Origin: an uncultured Gemmatimonadales bacterium
GTDB taxonomy: Bacteria > Gemmatimonadota > Gemmatimonadetes > Longimicrobiales > RSA9
Reading direction: 5' to 3'
Length of the DNA stretch: 64,000 nt
Assembly (NCBI GenBank): GCA_963708135.1
Contig: OY970192.1
Location: 1,088,001 to 1,152,000 of the forward strand
The notes beneath the pieces were generated by a model. That model was not told where the DNA came from. It made no database searches and saw only the letters and a program-made list of their open reading frames with translations. Position numbers and translations under genes: made by a program. The first letter of the stretch is position 1, and every line of letters begins with the position of its first letter. Of the stretch, positions 48,537 through 58,730 are shown piece after piece.

Positions 48537-49403
48537 ATGTCCACGAATGCGCAGCCTCCAGCCCGCTCCCTTCCGTTGCTGTTCGCGGCCGCGGCACTCC
48601 TGGCCGCCCCCGCGCTGCTCGCCGCGCAGAGCCCGGCGCCCGCGCGGACCGCGCCGGCCGCGTCCGCGACGTCGGCCCCGCTGCCGCCGCCTCCCGCGGA
48701 TGCGGTTCCGGCCCCAGTCGAGACTGCCCGTCACCATGACGGCGGCTTCCTCTTCGGTCGGCCGCAGGGGTACGTGACGCTGCGCGCCGGCATGACGTTC
48801 CCGCGCGCGAGCGGCCAGATCTACCAGGACCTGACGCGGCAGTTCACGCTGAGCAAGGGCGATTTCCGGACGACCGCGCTCGAGATGGACGTCGGGGTCC
48901 CGATCAACGACCGCTTCGACGCCACCTTCGGCATCGGCTACGGTCGCACGACCCGTCCCTCGGAGGACCGTGTGTACGTGGATGACAACAACCTGCCGAT
49001 CCGCCAGACCACCCGGCTCACGCGCGTGCCGCTGATGGCGGGCGTGAAGGCGTACCTCGTGCCGAATGGCCGCGAGATCGGGAGTCTGGCGTGGGTGCCC
49101 CCGCACGTTGCACCTTACGTGGCGGCGGGTGCGGGCTTCGCCTGGTACCGGCTCACGCAGCAGGGCGACTTCGTGGACTACGGCGACCTCACCATCCAGA
49201 CGGACCGGCTGAGCTCGAGCGGCTTCGCTCCGCTGGGGCAGCTCGCCGCCGGGGTGGACCTCTCGCTCTCGCCCCGCTTCGTGCTCACCGCCGAGGCGCG
49301 CTACACGCTCTCTTCCGCGTCGATGAACCAGGATTACGCGGGCTACGACAGGATCGACCTGAGCGGGCTGCAGACAACGGCCGGCCTGTCGGTACGCTTC
49401 TAG
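48537..49403 (+). CDS. Outer-membrane beta-barrel protein
   Basis: Signal peptide, Pro/Ala linker, PYVAAGAG, alternating beta strands and a terminal Phe (GLSVRF). Confidence 0.7.
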   Translation: MSTNAQPPARSLPLLFAAAALLAAPALLAAQSPAPARTAPAASATSAPLPPPPADAVPAPVETARHHDGGFLFGRPQGYVTLRAGMTFPRASGQIYQDLTRQFTLSKGDFRTTALEMDVGVPINDRFDATFGIGYGRTTRPSEDRVYVDDNNLPIRQTTRLTRVPLMAGVKAYLVPNGREIGSLAWVPPHVAPYVAAGAGFAWYRLTQQGDFVDYGDLTIQTDRLSSSGFAPLGQLAAGVDLSLSPRFVLTAEARYTLSSASMNQDYAGYDRIDLSGLQTTAGLSVRF

Positions 49404-49417
49404 GAAGGAGGAGGACC

Positions 49418-50740
49418 ATGCGCGATTCCCGATTCCAGCTCTCCCGCCTCGCGGGCGGCCTCGCGGCCGCGCTCCTCGCGGTGGGCACCGTCGGCGCCTC
49501 CGTCCTTTCCGCCGCGCCCGCGCCGGACGCGCGCTGGCAGCCGTGGCTCGGTTGCTGGCAGCCCGTCGCGGAACCTGGCGCCGGCGCGCAGCCGGCCGCC
49601 GGAACCGTGGTCTGCGTCGTTGCCGACGGCGATGGCGTGCGCGTGCTTTCCTACGCCGGCGGCGCGCAGGTCTCGGAGCGCCGGATCGTGGCCGATGGGC
49701 AGCCGCGGCCGGTCACGGATGATGGCTGCACCGGCACCGGCACGGCGCGCTGGTCCGAGGACGGCTTCCGCGTCTTCCTCGAGTCGGACCTCTCCTGCGG
49801 CACGCGCGGCGAGACGCGCGGCGCCGGCGTGATGGCGATCCTGCCCGGCTCGCACTGGCTGGACGCCCGCTCCGTGCTCGTGCAGGACCAGCCGCTGATG
49901 CGCGTCGAGCGCTACCGACTGGCCGGCGCGGAGGCGATGCAGACGGCCGGCGTGCCGGCGGGTCTCGTGCCCGCCGCGGCCACGCCGGAGACGCTTGCCC
50001 GCATGGCCGCCGCCTCGCCTCTCGGCACCGCGGATGTGATCGAGGCCAGCCGCGAGCTGCGCCCCGAGCTCGTGCAGGTGCTGCTGGCCGAGCGCCACGC
50101 CGGCTTCGACCTCGACGCCGCCACCCTCGAACACCTCGCGGACGCGGGCGTGCCGGGCGAGGTCACGGACCTGATGGTCGCGCTCTCGAACCCCGACCGC
50201 TTCGTCGTGGACGCCGGCTCCGGCGAGATCGCCAACACGGCGGATCTCCAGGAGGAGCAGCCCGGCCGCGAGCACGTCGCCTACGCGCCGGGCGCCCGGG
50301 TCTACACCGGCTGGGACTGCGGCGGCTTCGGCTACGATCCGTTCTGGGGCAGCCCCTACTGGGGCGCCGCGTACAGCTACGGCTACGGCTCTTCCTGTGG
50401 CTACGGCTACGGCTACGGCTACGGCTACGGCGGGTACTCGCCCTACGGCTTCGGTGGCGGCTACGGCTGGTCGCCCTACCTGCCCGGGCAGGTTATCGTC
50501 GTGCGGGGCGAGAATTCCGGCGAGTCCGGCGGCACCATGGTTCCCGGCCACGGCTACTCCCACGGCAGCGGCGGGAGCGCGAGTCGCACCGCCCACCCGC
50601 GCGGGTCCGGCGCCTCCGTCCAGGTGCCACGCGGTACGTCGTCGGGCGCGTCCTCGCACTCGGGCTCCTCGGGCGGCGGCTCCTCGAGCAGCGGCTCGGC
50701 GCCGGTGCGGCACGCGCATCCGCGCGGGAGCCACCACTAG
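49418..50740 (+). CDS. Exported hypothetical protein with Gly/Tyr-rich and Gly/Ser-rich C-terminus
   Basis: Signal peptide, WQPWLGCW, (GY)n tract encoded by ggctac repeats; AGGAGG RBS. Confidence 0.75.
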   Translation: MRDSRFQLSRLAGGLAAALLAVGTVGASVLSAAPAPDARWQPWLGCWQPVAEPGAGAQPAAGTVVCVVADGDGVRVLSYAGGAQVSERRIVADGQPRPVTDDGCTGTGTARWSEDGFRVFLESDLSCGTRGETRGAGVMAILPGSHWLDARSVLVQDQPLMRVERYRLAGAEAMQTAGVPAGLVPAAATPETLARMAAASPLGTADVIEASRELRPELVQVLLAERHAGFDLDAATLEHLADAGVPGEVTDLMVALSNPDRFVVDAGSGEIANTADLQEEQPGREHVAYAPGARVYTGWDCGGFGYDPFWGSPYWGAAYSYGYGSSCGYGYGYGYGYGGYSPYGFGGGYGWSPYLPGQVIVVRGENSGESGGTMVPGHGYSHGSGGSASRTAHPRGSGASVQVPRGTSSGASSHSGSSGGGSSSSGSAPVRHAHPRGSHH

Positions 50741-50764
50741 GCGCGGCGCGGCGGAGGCGTGCCG

Positions 50765-51865
50765 ATGACGGCGGCGCGGAACGCGCGCGGGGATAGGCGC
50801 CGGCTCGCGCTGGCCGTACTCGTCGCGCTCGGCCTCGGCGTCGGCTACGCGCTCGCCCCCTACGCCACCGGGCTCTTCGGCGCGACCATCCTCTACGTGA
50901 TGGCCGCGCCCGTGCATCGGGCACTCGCGCGCCGGCTCCCCGCCGGCTGGGCCGCGCTCCTGGTCATCCTGGCCGTGCTGCTCCTGATCCTGGTGCCGAC
51001 CCTCTGGCTGGTCAGCGTGGCAGTCGGGGAGACTCCAGGGATCCTGGCCGACCTCGGCAACGGGAACGCCCTCGCCCGCCTCCAGGCAATCCGCATCGGG
51101 CCGCTCGCCATCGGCGGCCAGCTCGCCGCGCTCGGCGGACAGCTGCTCTCCTGGGCCTCGCGCCAGGCGGTCTCCGTCTTCGGCAGCGCCACGCGCGGCA
51201 CGCTCAACCTGGTCATCGCGCTCACCGGGCTCTACTACCTGCTGCTCGAGCCGGACACGCTGTGGGAGCGCACGAAGGCGCTGCTGCCGTTCTCCGACGC
51301 CACCGCCGAGCGGCTGCGCCTGCGCTTCCACAGCATCACGGAGTCGATGCTGCTCGGCACGGCCCTCACGGCCGTGCTCCAGGGCACCGTGATCGGGCTG
51401 GCCTTCTGGGGGCTCCACATCCACAACGCCCTCTTCTGGGGCGCCGTCACCGCCCTCGCCTCGATCGTGCCCGTCGTCGGAAGCGCCCTCGTCTGGCTCC
51501 CGGCCGCCGGCATCATGGCGCTTGGCGGCCGCTACGGCGCCGCCATCGCGCTCCTCGCCATCGGCGGCATCGTCGCCGCCAACATCGACAACGTGGCGCG
51601 CCCGCTCATCTACCGCCGCGTCTCCAACCTGCACCCGATGATCACCATCGTGGGCGCCTTCGCGGGTGTCACCGTCATGGGGTTCGCCGGCGTGCTCATC
51701 GGGCCGCTCGCCATCAGCTACTTCTTCGAGCTCGTGACCGCTTACCGCGAGGAGTATGGCGCCGCCGCGGCCTCCGCCACGCCCGCGGCCCCCGCGGCCG
51801 CGCCGGTGGCCGCGGGTCGGGCCGACCCTCCCGCGCCCGCGCCGCTCGAACCCACGATCTCCTGA
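50765..51865 (+). CDS. AI-2E family transporter
   Basis: Multiple TM segments; PVVGSALVWLP, IDNVARP, LHP and G.LIGP motifs. Confidence 0.88.
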   Translation: MTAARNARGDRRRLALAVLVALGLGVGYALAPYATGLFGATILYVMAAPVHRALARRLPAGWAALLVILAVLLLILVPTLWLVSVAVGETPGILADLGNGNALARLQAIRIGPLAIGGQLAALGGQLLSWASRQAVSVFGSATRGTLNLVIALTGLYYLLLEPDTLWERTKALLPFSDATAERLRLRFHSITESMLLGTALTAVLQGTVIGLAFWGLHIHNALFWGAVTALASIVPVVGSALVWLPAAGIMALGGRYGAAIALLAIGGIVAANIDNVARPLIYRRVSNLHPMITIVGAFAGVTVMGFAGVLIGPLAISYFFELVTAYREEYGAAAASATPAAPAAAPVAAGRADPPAPAPLEPTIS

Positions 51866-52143
51866 AGGGGCGCGGGGCGCCGCGCGCGCGACTCCGTGGG
51901 CGGCGCCCCCGCCGCGATCCGGGCGGCCAGCCGCTACGCGCGCGAAAGCGCCCCGCGGGCGCGGTCGGGCCGTCTCATCCTGTCCCGTCCGCACCTGCCG
52001 CGGGCGATGTCAGGATGCCATAAGCACCACCCGTGCGGTATATGGCCGTGGACGAAGCCGGATGTCGGCTCGGCCGCGCCGGAGCCGGGTGGAGCGCCGG
52101 AGAGCAGCGGGGCGTCGTCGCCTTCAGCGTGGAGGGAAATCCG

Positions 52144-52815
52144 ATGAGCAGCATGTCCGGCGAGCTGGGCCACGCGACCAGCTATCCAGTGGACGTCCTC
52201 GTCGTGCCGGCGGTGCACGAGAGGAACCGGCTCACGACGGCGTTCCGCCCGATCCTCGCCCTGCCGCACCTCGTGCTGGTGGGCGGCCCGATCGTCAGCG
52301 GCCTCGCCTGGCGCTGGACCGGCGAGCACGGCAGCATTACCGGGGTCGGCGCCGGCGGCGTGCTCGGCGCCGCCGCCGTGGTGGGGTCGGTCATCGCGTG
52401 GTTCGCCATCCTGTTCACCGGCCGCTATCCGCCCGGGCTGTGGAGCCTGGCCGCCCTCTACCTGCGCTGGCGGGTCCGTGCCGTGGCGTACATGATGCTG
52501 CTGCGGGACGAGTTTCCGCCCTTCGGCGACGGCTCGTATCCGACCTCGCTCGAGCTCGAGCCGCCCGACGCGCCCCGCGACCGGCTGAGCGTCGCGTTCC
52601 GGGTGATCCTCGCGCTGCCGCAGGTGCTCGTGGTCTGGGCGCTCGGCATCGGCTGGGTGATCGGCACGGTGCTCGCCTGGTTCGCGATCGTCTTCACGGG
52701 CACCTACCCGCGCGGGCTCTACGACTTCGGCGTGGGCGTGCTCCGCTGGAGCACCCGCGTCGAGGCGTACCTGCTGCTGCTGCGCGACGAGTACCCGCCG
52801 TTCTCGCTGGCGTAG
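52144..52815 (+). CDS. DUF4389 domain membrane protein
   Basis: Two repeats of R.ILALP..WFAI.FTG.YP.GL..LLRDE.PPF. Confidence 0.88.
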   Translation: MSSMSGELGHATSYPVDVLVVPAVHERNRLTTAFRPILALPHLVLVGGPIVSGLAWRWTGEHGSITGVGAGGVLGAAAVVGSVIAWFAILFTGRYPPGLWSLAALYLRWRVRAVAYMMLLRDEFPPFGDGSYPTSLELEPPDAPRDRLSVAFRVILALPQVLVVWALGIGWVIGTVLAWFAIVFTGTYPRGLYDFGVGVLRWSTRVEAYLLLLRDEYPPFSLA

Positions 52816-52886
52816 GGTCGTGGCGGCGGCTCCCCCCGGCCGGCGGGCCGACGGGGTCCTGGACGACTGCCCTGGAGGAGATCGAC

Positions 52887-53255
52887 ATGCCCCTGTCCGA
52901 TGAGCAGCGTGCGTATCTCGAGCGACGGCTGGAGGAGGAGCGCGCCAGGGTCCTGGGCGCGCTCAACCGCGGTGTCGCGGAGCACTCGAGGGCGGAGGAG
53001 AGGGAGCGCGCGGGCGACCTGTCGGCGGTGCCGCTGCACCTGGCCGACATCGGGACCGACGCCATCCAGGAGGAGATCGATGCCGCCAACGAGACGCGCG
53101 AATCGAACGAGCTCGCCGAGATCGACGCCGCCCTCGAGCGGCTCCGCCAGGACCCCGAGCGCTTCGGGATCTGCGAGGACAGCGGAGCCGAGATCCCCTT
53201 CGAGCGGCTCAGCCTGATCCCGTGGGCGCGCACCTGCGCCCGGGCTGGCGCCTGA
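52887..53255 (+). CDS. TraR/DksA family protein
   Basis: Coiled coil, HLADIGT tip, [30 protein letters not shown]. Confidence 0.85.
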   Translation: MPLSDEQRAYLERRLEEERARVLGALNRGVAEHSRAEERERAGDLSAVPLHLADIGTDAIQEEIDAANETRESNELAEIDAALERLRQDPERFGICEDSGAEIPFERLSLIPWARTCARAGA

Positions 53256-53412
53256 CGCCGTCCCCCGTCGTGACACCGCTGGACGCGGCCGCCCTCCCAC
53301 GCGATCTTGGGTCGCCGGAACAGCGACGGGGCGGCCGCGCCGGAGCGCCGGGGCGCATGCCGACGCCCCCGCGGAGCCGCGATCGACACGACAGGGCGCG
53401 ACGGGAGACGGA

Positions 53413-54297
53413 ATGGTGACCGGGACACGGAAGCAGGCGGGAGGGCAGGGAACGGCGCCGCGGGGCGGCCCGCTCCTGTGGGTGCTGGTGCTCGTTGCCA
53501 TCGCGCTCGTCGGCACCATCCTGCTCGCCGCGCACCGCCGGCGGGCGGCGCGCGAGGCGGCCGTCGCGCCGCACGTCCGCACGCCGGTGCCGGCCAGCGT
53601 GATGGCCGATCTCCAGGGCATTCCGGACTCCACCTGGGCGCGCGTCGGGACGGCGCGGGCCGCGCCGCCGACCTTCGTCGGCGATTCCGACCGCGTCGGC
53701 GGCAAGCCGGTGGTGCTCTACATCGGCGCCGGGTACTGCCCCTACTGCGCCGCCGCACGGTGGTCGATGATCGCCGCGCTCTCCCGCTTCGGCACGTTCT
53801 CCGGCCTGACCTACGCCGCGTCCTCCGTCGTGGACGTCTTTCCCGGCACGCCCACCTTCTCCTTCTACGGCGCGCGCTACGCGAGCCCCTACGTCGAGTT
53901 CCAGTCGGTCGAGCTGGAGAGCGACGAGATGCTCGCGAACGGCCGCTACGTGCCCCTGGAGACCCCCACGCTCCGGCAGCAGGCGCTGCTGGAGACGTAC
54001 GACGTCCCGCCCTACGTCCCCACCGGGAGCGCCGGCGGCATCCCCTTCATCCTCGTGGCCGGCTGCTACATGTGGAGCGGCTCCCCGTTCTCGCCCGGCC
54101 TCCTCGCCGACCGGACGCAGGCGGAGATCGCCGCCACGCTGCCCGCCGGCTCCGCCGATGCCGCGCGTGCCATCCTCGCTTACGCCAACGAACTGACGGC
54201 GACGATCTGCGCGAGCGACGGCAACCGGCCGGCCCAGGTCTGCGCGCAGCCCGCCGTGCGCGACGCCATCCGGGCGCTCCCCTCCAGCGCCCCCTGA
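53413..54297 (+). CDS. DUF929 family thioredoxin-like membrane-anchored protein
   Basis: [33 protein letters not shown] and IPF motifs. Confidence 0.85.
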   Translation: MVTGTRKQAGGQGTAPRGGPLLWVLVLVAIALVGTILLAAHRRRAAREAAVAPHVRTPVPASVMADLQGIPDSTWARVGTARAAPPTFVGDSDRVGGKPVVLYIGAGYCPYCAAARWSMIAALSRFGTFSGLTYAASSVVDVFPGTPTFSFYGARYASPYVEFQSVELESDEMLANGRYVPLETPTLRQQALLETYDVPPYVPTGSAGGIPFILVAGCYMWSGSPFSPGLLADRTQAEIAATLPAGSADAARAILAYANELTATICASDGNRPAQVCAQPAVRDAIRALPSSAP

Positions 54298-54761
54298 TGC
54301 GCCCGCGCTCCCTCGACCGCCTCCGGCTCGCGCTGGCGGCGCTCGGCCTGCTGATCTCCGCCTACCTCACGCTCCTGCACTACGACAGCGCCGTGCCGCT
54401 GGTCTGCGGCCGCGGCGCGCTCGTCGATTGCGAGACCGTGCTCGCGAGCCCCTCGGCGAGCGTGCTGGGCGTGCCCGTCGCCGCGTGGGGACTCGCCTGG
54501 TTCGCCGTCGCGCTCGCGCTCGCCCTGCTCTCGCTGCGCCCCGGCACGCGCGGCGAGTCCCCGCCCCTGCGCGCCGCCGGCCTGGGCTGGACGCTGATCG
54601 GCACTGCCGCCGTGCTCTGGCTGATCTATCAGGAGGTGGGCGTCATCGGCCGCCTCTGCGCCTGGTGCACCGCCGTGCACCTAGTGGTGCTCGCGCTCCT
54701 CGTCCTGCAGGTCCTGCGGGAATCGCCCCGCGCGGCGCCCGCGCAGCTCCGGGAGCCGTGA
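54297..54761 (+). CDS. Vitamin K epoxide reductase (VKOR) family protein
   Basis: C...DCETVLAS..S..GVPV and CAWC active-site motif; 4 TM segments. Confidence 0.88.
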   Translation: MRPRSLDRLRLALAALGLLISAYLTLLHYDSAVPLVCGRGALVDCETVLASPSASVLGVPVAAWGLAWFAVALALALLSLRPGTRGESPPLRAAGLGWTLIGTAAVLWLIYQEVGVIGRLCAWCTAVHLVVLALLVLQVLRESPRAAPAQLREP

Positions 54762-54774
54762 GGCTCCGGCCGCG

Positions 54775-55374
54775 TCAGGGCGTGGCGGGCGTGGCGGGCT
54801 CCGGGCGCGCGCCGCCCGGCCCGGTGAAGACGGCCGGGACGCTCAGCTCGAGCGCCGGCGCGGAAGGCGACGGCTGCCAGCGCAGCACGTCCGCGCAGAT
54901 CTCCGGGCCCGCATCCGCAGAGAGCCGCTGGCGCTCGATGCGCCGGCCGTCCGCATCGACCACCCAGTACTCCGGCACCCCGAAATCGCGGTAGCGCGGC
55001 GGCTTCTTCAGCCGGTCGATCCGCTTCGAGCCCGGCGAGAGCACCTCGACCACCAGCGCCGGTGGCGACTCCACGCCCCGGTCCGACAGCTCAGCGTCCG
55101 GCGGCACGAAGACCATGTCCGGGCGCAGGAAATTCCCGGAGACGAACAGCACGTCCACGTCCCACAGCATCTCGCCGAGGCGATGCTCCTCGACGTAGTC
55201 GTCGAGCATCCTGAAGAGCCTCGCCGCGACCCGCTGGTGCGCGATTCCGGGCGCCGGCGTAACGCACAGCTCCCCGTCGATGACCTCGTACCGGTTGCCA
55301 TCGTTCGGCAGGCGGGCATACTCCGCGTAGCTCCACTCCGGGGCGGTTCCCGTCGGCTGCGCCATGGTCGTCAT
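54775..55374 (-). CDS. Uma2 family endonuclease
   Basis: RYEVIDGEL..PAP...HQ, RPDMVF, LVVEVLSPGS and GVPEYWVVD motifs. Confidence 0.9.
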   Translation of the reverse strand: MTTMAQPTGTAPEWSYAEYARLPNDGNRYEVIDGELCVTPAPGIAHQRVAARLFRMLDDYVEEHRLGEMLWDVDVLFVSGNFLRPDMVFVPPDAELSDRGVESPPALVVEVLSPGSKRIDRLKKPPRYRDFGVPEYWVVDADGRRIERQRLSADAGPEICADVLRWQPSPSAPALELSVPAVFTGPGGARPEPATPATP

Positions 55375-55566
55375 CCGGTGAAGGTGCGTGTGAGGCCGGG
55401 GCACTCCGATAGCGGCCCGCGACATTCTTCCCTCCAACCATAACCTCGCCCGCCGCGCGGAGGCGAGGGCAGAGGCCGCTACACGCGTCCGGCCCCCGTC
55501 GTTATCTTCTTCACGCGCGGTCGGACCCGGGGAAGCATCGATGCCCCCGGCCCGCAGGAGCACCTC

Positions 55567-55648
55567 GGAGGGTTGGCAGAACGGTAATGCAGCGGTCTTG
55601 AAAACCGCCGGGCGCAAGCCCTTCCGGGTTCGAGTCCCGGGCCCTCCG
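55567..55648 (+). tRNA. tRNA-Ser (anticodon UGA), CCA not encoded
   Basis: GGAGGGT/GCCCTCC acceptor stem, GCGGT-CTTGAAA-ACCGC anticodon arm, long variable arm, CCGGG-TTCGAGT-CCCGG T arm, discriminator G. Confidence 0.95.
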
Positions 55649-55881
55649 CTACGAGCAACGACGCGGGTTTCTGGCGATTCGGCAGGAGCTCGCGCCGTTC
55701 GCCTCCCCGCCCCAAGCGGATGCCGGCTGGTCGGGGCCGGGGCGGCCTGCCGGCGCACGGAAACCAGCGGTCGGCGTGGGGCGCCGGCTGCCGGTTCGCT
55801 CACCCGAACCCGGAGTATCGGTAAGACGATGGGCAAGCACCTCGCCCTCCCCGCCTGGGCGAGCGTCGAGGGGCGGGGCTA

Positions 55882-56784
55882 CTAACGGAACCGGTGGAAC
55901 ACGGCGACGCGTAGATTGAAGAGACCGTCCCGAATCCGCCTGCCCCCGCGCCTGACGTAGAGGGGCGTATACAACCCGGTCACGGAAATGAGGCTGCGGG
56001 GGAGGAATCGGTAATCCGCGCCTCCTCTCAAGAAGAAGGTCGATCCGGAGCTCCGGAGCAGGGTCCGGTCGCGTTTCCCGGAATACCGTGCATCGACCTG
56101 GAACTCGTTCCCGAAGTAGTTCCAGCCGAATGCGATGTTGGGCTCGAAGCGCGTGGCCATCGGGAACGCGGCCCCCACCTCGAGGCCGACGGCGCGCAAG
56201 CGCAGCTCGTCGTGGGACACCTGCTCACAGTCGTACGGGTTGCGAACGGAGTCCGCTCCCGCGGCGACCTTCTTTCGGTCGCAGGTGATGTCGCCTTCGA
56301 GGTCGCCGACCTGGCCATGCAAGCGCCCTCCCACCCGCCACCCCTGGTGCGATGCAATCGGACGCCCCAAAGACCAGCTCAGGTGGTCGGGGCGGATTCC
56401 TCCGACGCGAATGGGCGGGATGTATCCAACCCCGAGGGAAAACCGCCCCGGAAGCCCGATCGACACCCGCGCGCGTCCGAACGCGGGGCTGCGATTCACG
56501 TTCTCGTCGTTCATGCCGTTGAAGCCGACCCGGCGCTGCTGCGCGCTCAGCGAGGGGAGCCACCCCGCTTCCAGGCCGATCCGAACGCTCCAGGGCTCGA
56601 CCTCGTGGGCGATCGGCGCCGTCATGAGCAACTCGGACCCCACGAGGCTCATGAGCCAGGCCTCGGGTTGTGTGTGCCCCAAGTCCAGTGTGTCGGAGAT
56701 CAGCTGCCCGGCAAGGGGTGACCCGCCGAGCAGCAGCCAGGCGAAGAAGAGACATGGACCGGGCGTGGAACGCCTTCGTGACAT
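55882..56784 (-). CDS. Hypothetical exported, probably outer-membrane, protein
   Basis: Signal peptide and amphipathic strands; AGGAAGG RBS. Confidence 0.65.
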   Translation of the reverse strand: MSRRRSTPGPCLFFAWLLLGGSPLAGQLISDTLDLGHTQPEAWLMSLVGSELLMTAPIAHEVEPWSVRIGLEAGWLPSLSAQQRRVGFNGMNDENVNRSPAFGRARVSIGLPGRFSLGVGYIPPIRVGGIRPDHLSWSLGRPIASHQGWRVGGRLHGQVGDLEGDITCDRKKVAAGADSVRNPYDCEQVSHDELRLRAVGLEVGAAFPMATRFEPNIAFGWNYFGNEFQVDARYSGKRDRTLLRSSGSTFFLRGGADYRFLPRSLISVTGLYTPLYVRRGGRRIRDGLFNLRVAVFHRFR

Positions 56785-56793
56785 TGGCCTTCC

Positions 56794-57402
56794 TCACGTC
56801 GGGGGACTGAAGAGGAGCTGGAATCGAACGCGCACCAGATCGTCCACATCGATGGTCCCGAGGCCCGCGCTCTGCGGCTCGATGCCGTAGTCCGTCTGTC
56901 TCAGCTGGAACGTCCCCGATAGCGACAGCGTCCCGTCTCCGCGCCGCGCACGGAGAGCCGGCACCTCGATTTCGCGGCTGTGCCCGTGCATCGAGAATCG
57001 GCCGGAGAGGCGGAGCTCGCTCGGGCTCTCACCCTGCACGACGTCGGTCGTGACGAAGCGGATGGTCGGATGTCGGGCGGCATCCAGCGCATCCGGACCG
57101 AGCATCCGTTTCTGGACCTTGCGCACGGTGGCAGCCCCGGGTCCACCTTTCAATTGCGCGATCCTCCTGGCGTCGGCTCTGTCGATCACCAGGGAAGCCA
57201 CAGGAATCGTCAGCGTGAAGGGAGTCCCGGTCCAGTCGGAACCATCCCATTCCGGCTCGACGGACCATTCGGTCGCGAGCACGGCATGCTCGTGGCCGAG
57301 GAAGCCCAGGATCCCGGCCCTGCCGGTGATCGCGAGCAAGTAGGCGTCTGGTTGATCCACTGTCAACCCCTTCCGTGGCGGCTCCCGGACGCGGTAGCGC
57401 AT
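56794..57402 (-). CDS. YceI family protein
   Basis: LGHEH, IPVASL, LDAARHPTIRF, G.FSMHG and QTDYGIEP motifs. The start is uncertain. Confidence 0.8.
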   Translation of the reverse strand: MRYRVREPPRKGLTVDQPDAYLLAITGRAGILGFLGHEHAVLATEWSVEPEWDGSDWTGTPFTLTIPVASLVIDRADARRIAQLKGGPGAATVRKVQKRMLGPDALDAARHPTIRFVTTDVVQGESPSELRLSGRFSMHGHSREIEVPALRARRGDGTLSLSGTFQLRQTDYGIEPQSAGLGTIDVDDLVRVRFQLLFSPPT

Positions 57403-57636
57403 GCATACCAATCAGTTACCGCCCCGGAATCGTTCCAGGTGCGCAGCCGGGGCTCCCGATTCGCCCAATTCGCGGAATGGACCTGCCTTTCCCCGGTGGA
57501 GGTGGAGGACCGGGCGGGGGAGGGCGCTACTCGTGTGGCGCGGCTCTTCGCCGCGCCGTGCTTGACCCATCCAGACCGGCCTCCTATGCTTGAGGGAGTC
57601 CCCCCCGAGATCCTTCTGTTTCTCCAGTGCCGAGAG

Positions 57637-58248
57637 ATGCTCGTGCGTCTGCCGCCGCATCCCGCCTCGGAGGCCGCCGCGCTCGCCCCTTCCCGCCAGA
57701 AGTCGGCGGCGGTGAGCGACGAGGTGCTGCTCGCGCGCCTCGCGGAGGACGACGCCGGCGCGCTGGAGCTCATCCTCTCACGCCACTGGCCGCTGGTCGT
57801 GGGCTACCTCTCCCGGATGACGGGGGCGGTGGACGCGGCCGAGGACCTGGCGCAGCGGACGTTCTGCCGGCTGTGGGCCCGGCGCGCCGCCTGGCGGCCG
57901 GACGGCTCGCTGCGGGCGCTGCTCTGCCGGGTGGCGCGCAACCTGGCCGTGAGCGAGCACCGGCGGCGCGCGTCGAGGGAGCGGAGCGAGGCGGCGTTCC
58001 TCGAGCTCTCGGCGCCCGGCGAGACGGCGGCCGACCACGCGGCCCGCTACGAGCTCCGCGTCGCCCTCGAGCGCGCGATCGACCGGCTTCCGGAGCGGCG
58101 GCGCGAGATCGTGGTCCTGCGCTGCGTCCACGGGCTGTCCTACCGCGAGATCTCCGATGTCATGGGCATCGCGGAGCAGACGGTGGCGAACCAGCTGAGC
58201 CGGGCGCTGCGCACGCTGCGCACGACTCTCGGCGACGCGCTCGGGTGA
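57637..58248 (+). CDS. ECF RNA polymerase sigma factor
   Basis: AEDLAQRTFCRLW, VARNLA and LPERRREIVVL..GLSYREIS.VMGI..QTV motifs. The start is uncertain. Confidence 0.88.
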   Translation: MLVRLPPHPASEAAALAPSRQKSAAVSDEVLLARLAEDDAGALELILSRHWPLVVGYLSRMTGAVDAAEDLAQRTFCRLWARRAAWRPDGSLRALLCRVARNLAVSEHRRRASRERSEAAFLELSAPGETAADHAARYELRVALERAIDRLPERRREIVVLRCVHGLSYREISDVMGIAEQTVANQLSRALRTLRTTLGDALG

Positions 58249-58299
58249 GCGCGCGCACCCCCCCCCGGCCCCCCCCCGCATAGGATCGCGGGCACAAGC

Positions 58300-58400
58300 C
58301 AACTGCGGCACGACTGACTGCGGCACGACTGACTGCGGCACGATTGACTGCGGCACGACCAACTGCGGCACAAACCAGCTGCGGCACGACCAACTGCGGC
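58300..58400. repeat. 15-bp tandem array A (7 copies of a CTGCGGC core)
   Basis: Consensus (c/t)(a/g)actgcggcacgac. Confidence 0.9.
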
Positions 58401-58495
58401 CGGAGTCGGGAGGGGGAGTGGCGTCGGTGGGCCGGAGTCCCACCGAGCGGCCGGGCTTCGGCCACCGACCCGCGAGCGATCTCCGCCGTCAGGTG

Positions 58496-58680
58496 GTGTC
58501 GCCTCAGGTGGTGCCGCCTCATGTAAGTGCCGCCTCAAGCAGTGCCGTCTCAAGCCGTGCCCCTCAGGTAAGTGCCGCCTCAAGTAGTGCCGCCTCAAGT
58601 AGTGCCGCCTCAAGCAGTGCCGCCTCAAGCAGTGCCGCCTCAAGCAGTGCCCACCTCGAGCACTGCCCGCCTTCAAGTAG
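58496..58680. repeat. 15-bp tandem array B (~12 copies)
   Basis: Consensus gtgccgcctcaag(c/t)a. Confidence 0.9.
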
Positions 58681-58730
58681 TCGCGGGTGGTCAGGTGGTA
58701 GGAATCGCTCGCGGCGTGCGTGTCATCGGC

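Noticed and set aside
55567..55648. Selenocysteine or suppressor tRNA
   Set aside because: The anticodon is UGA, which reads UCA (Ser), and the acceptor stem is a normal 7 bp.
58300..58680. CRISPR array or coding pentapeptide repeat (VVPQS/VVPPQ)
   Set aside because: Units are contiguous with no spacers, and 16-bp units break the frame. The hydrolase has its own signal-peptide start at 58731.
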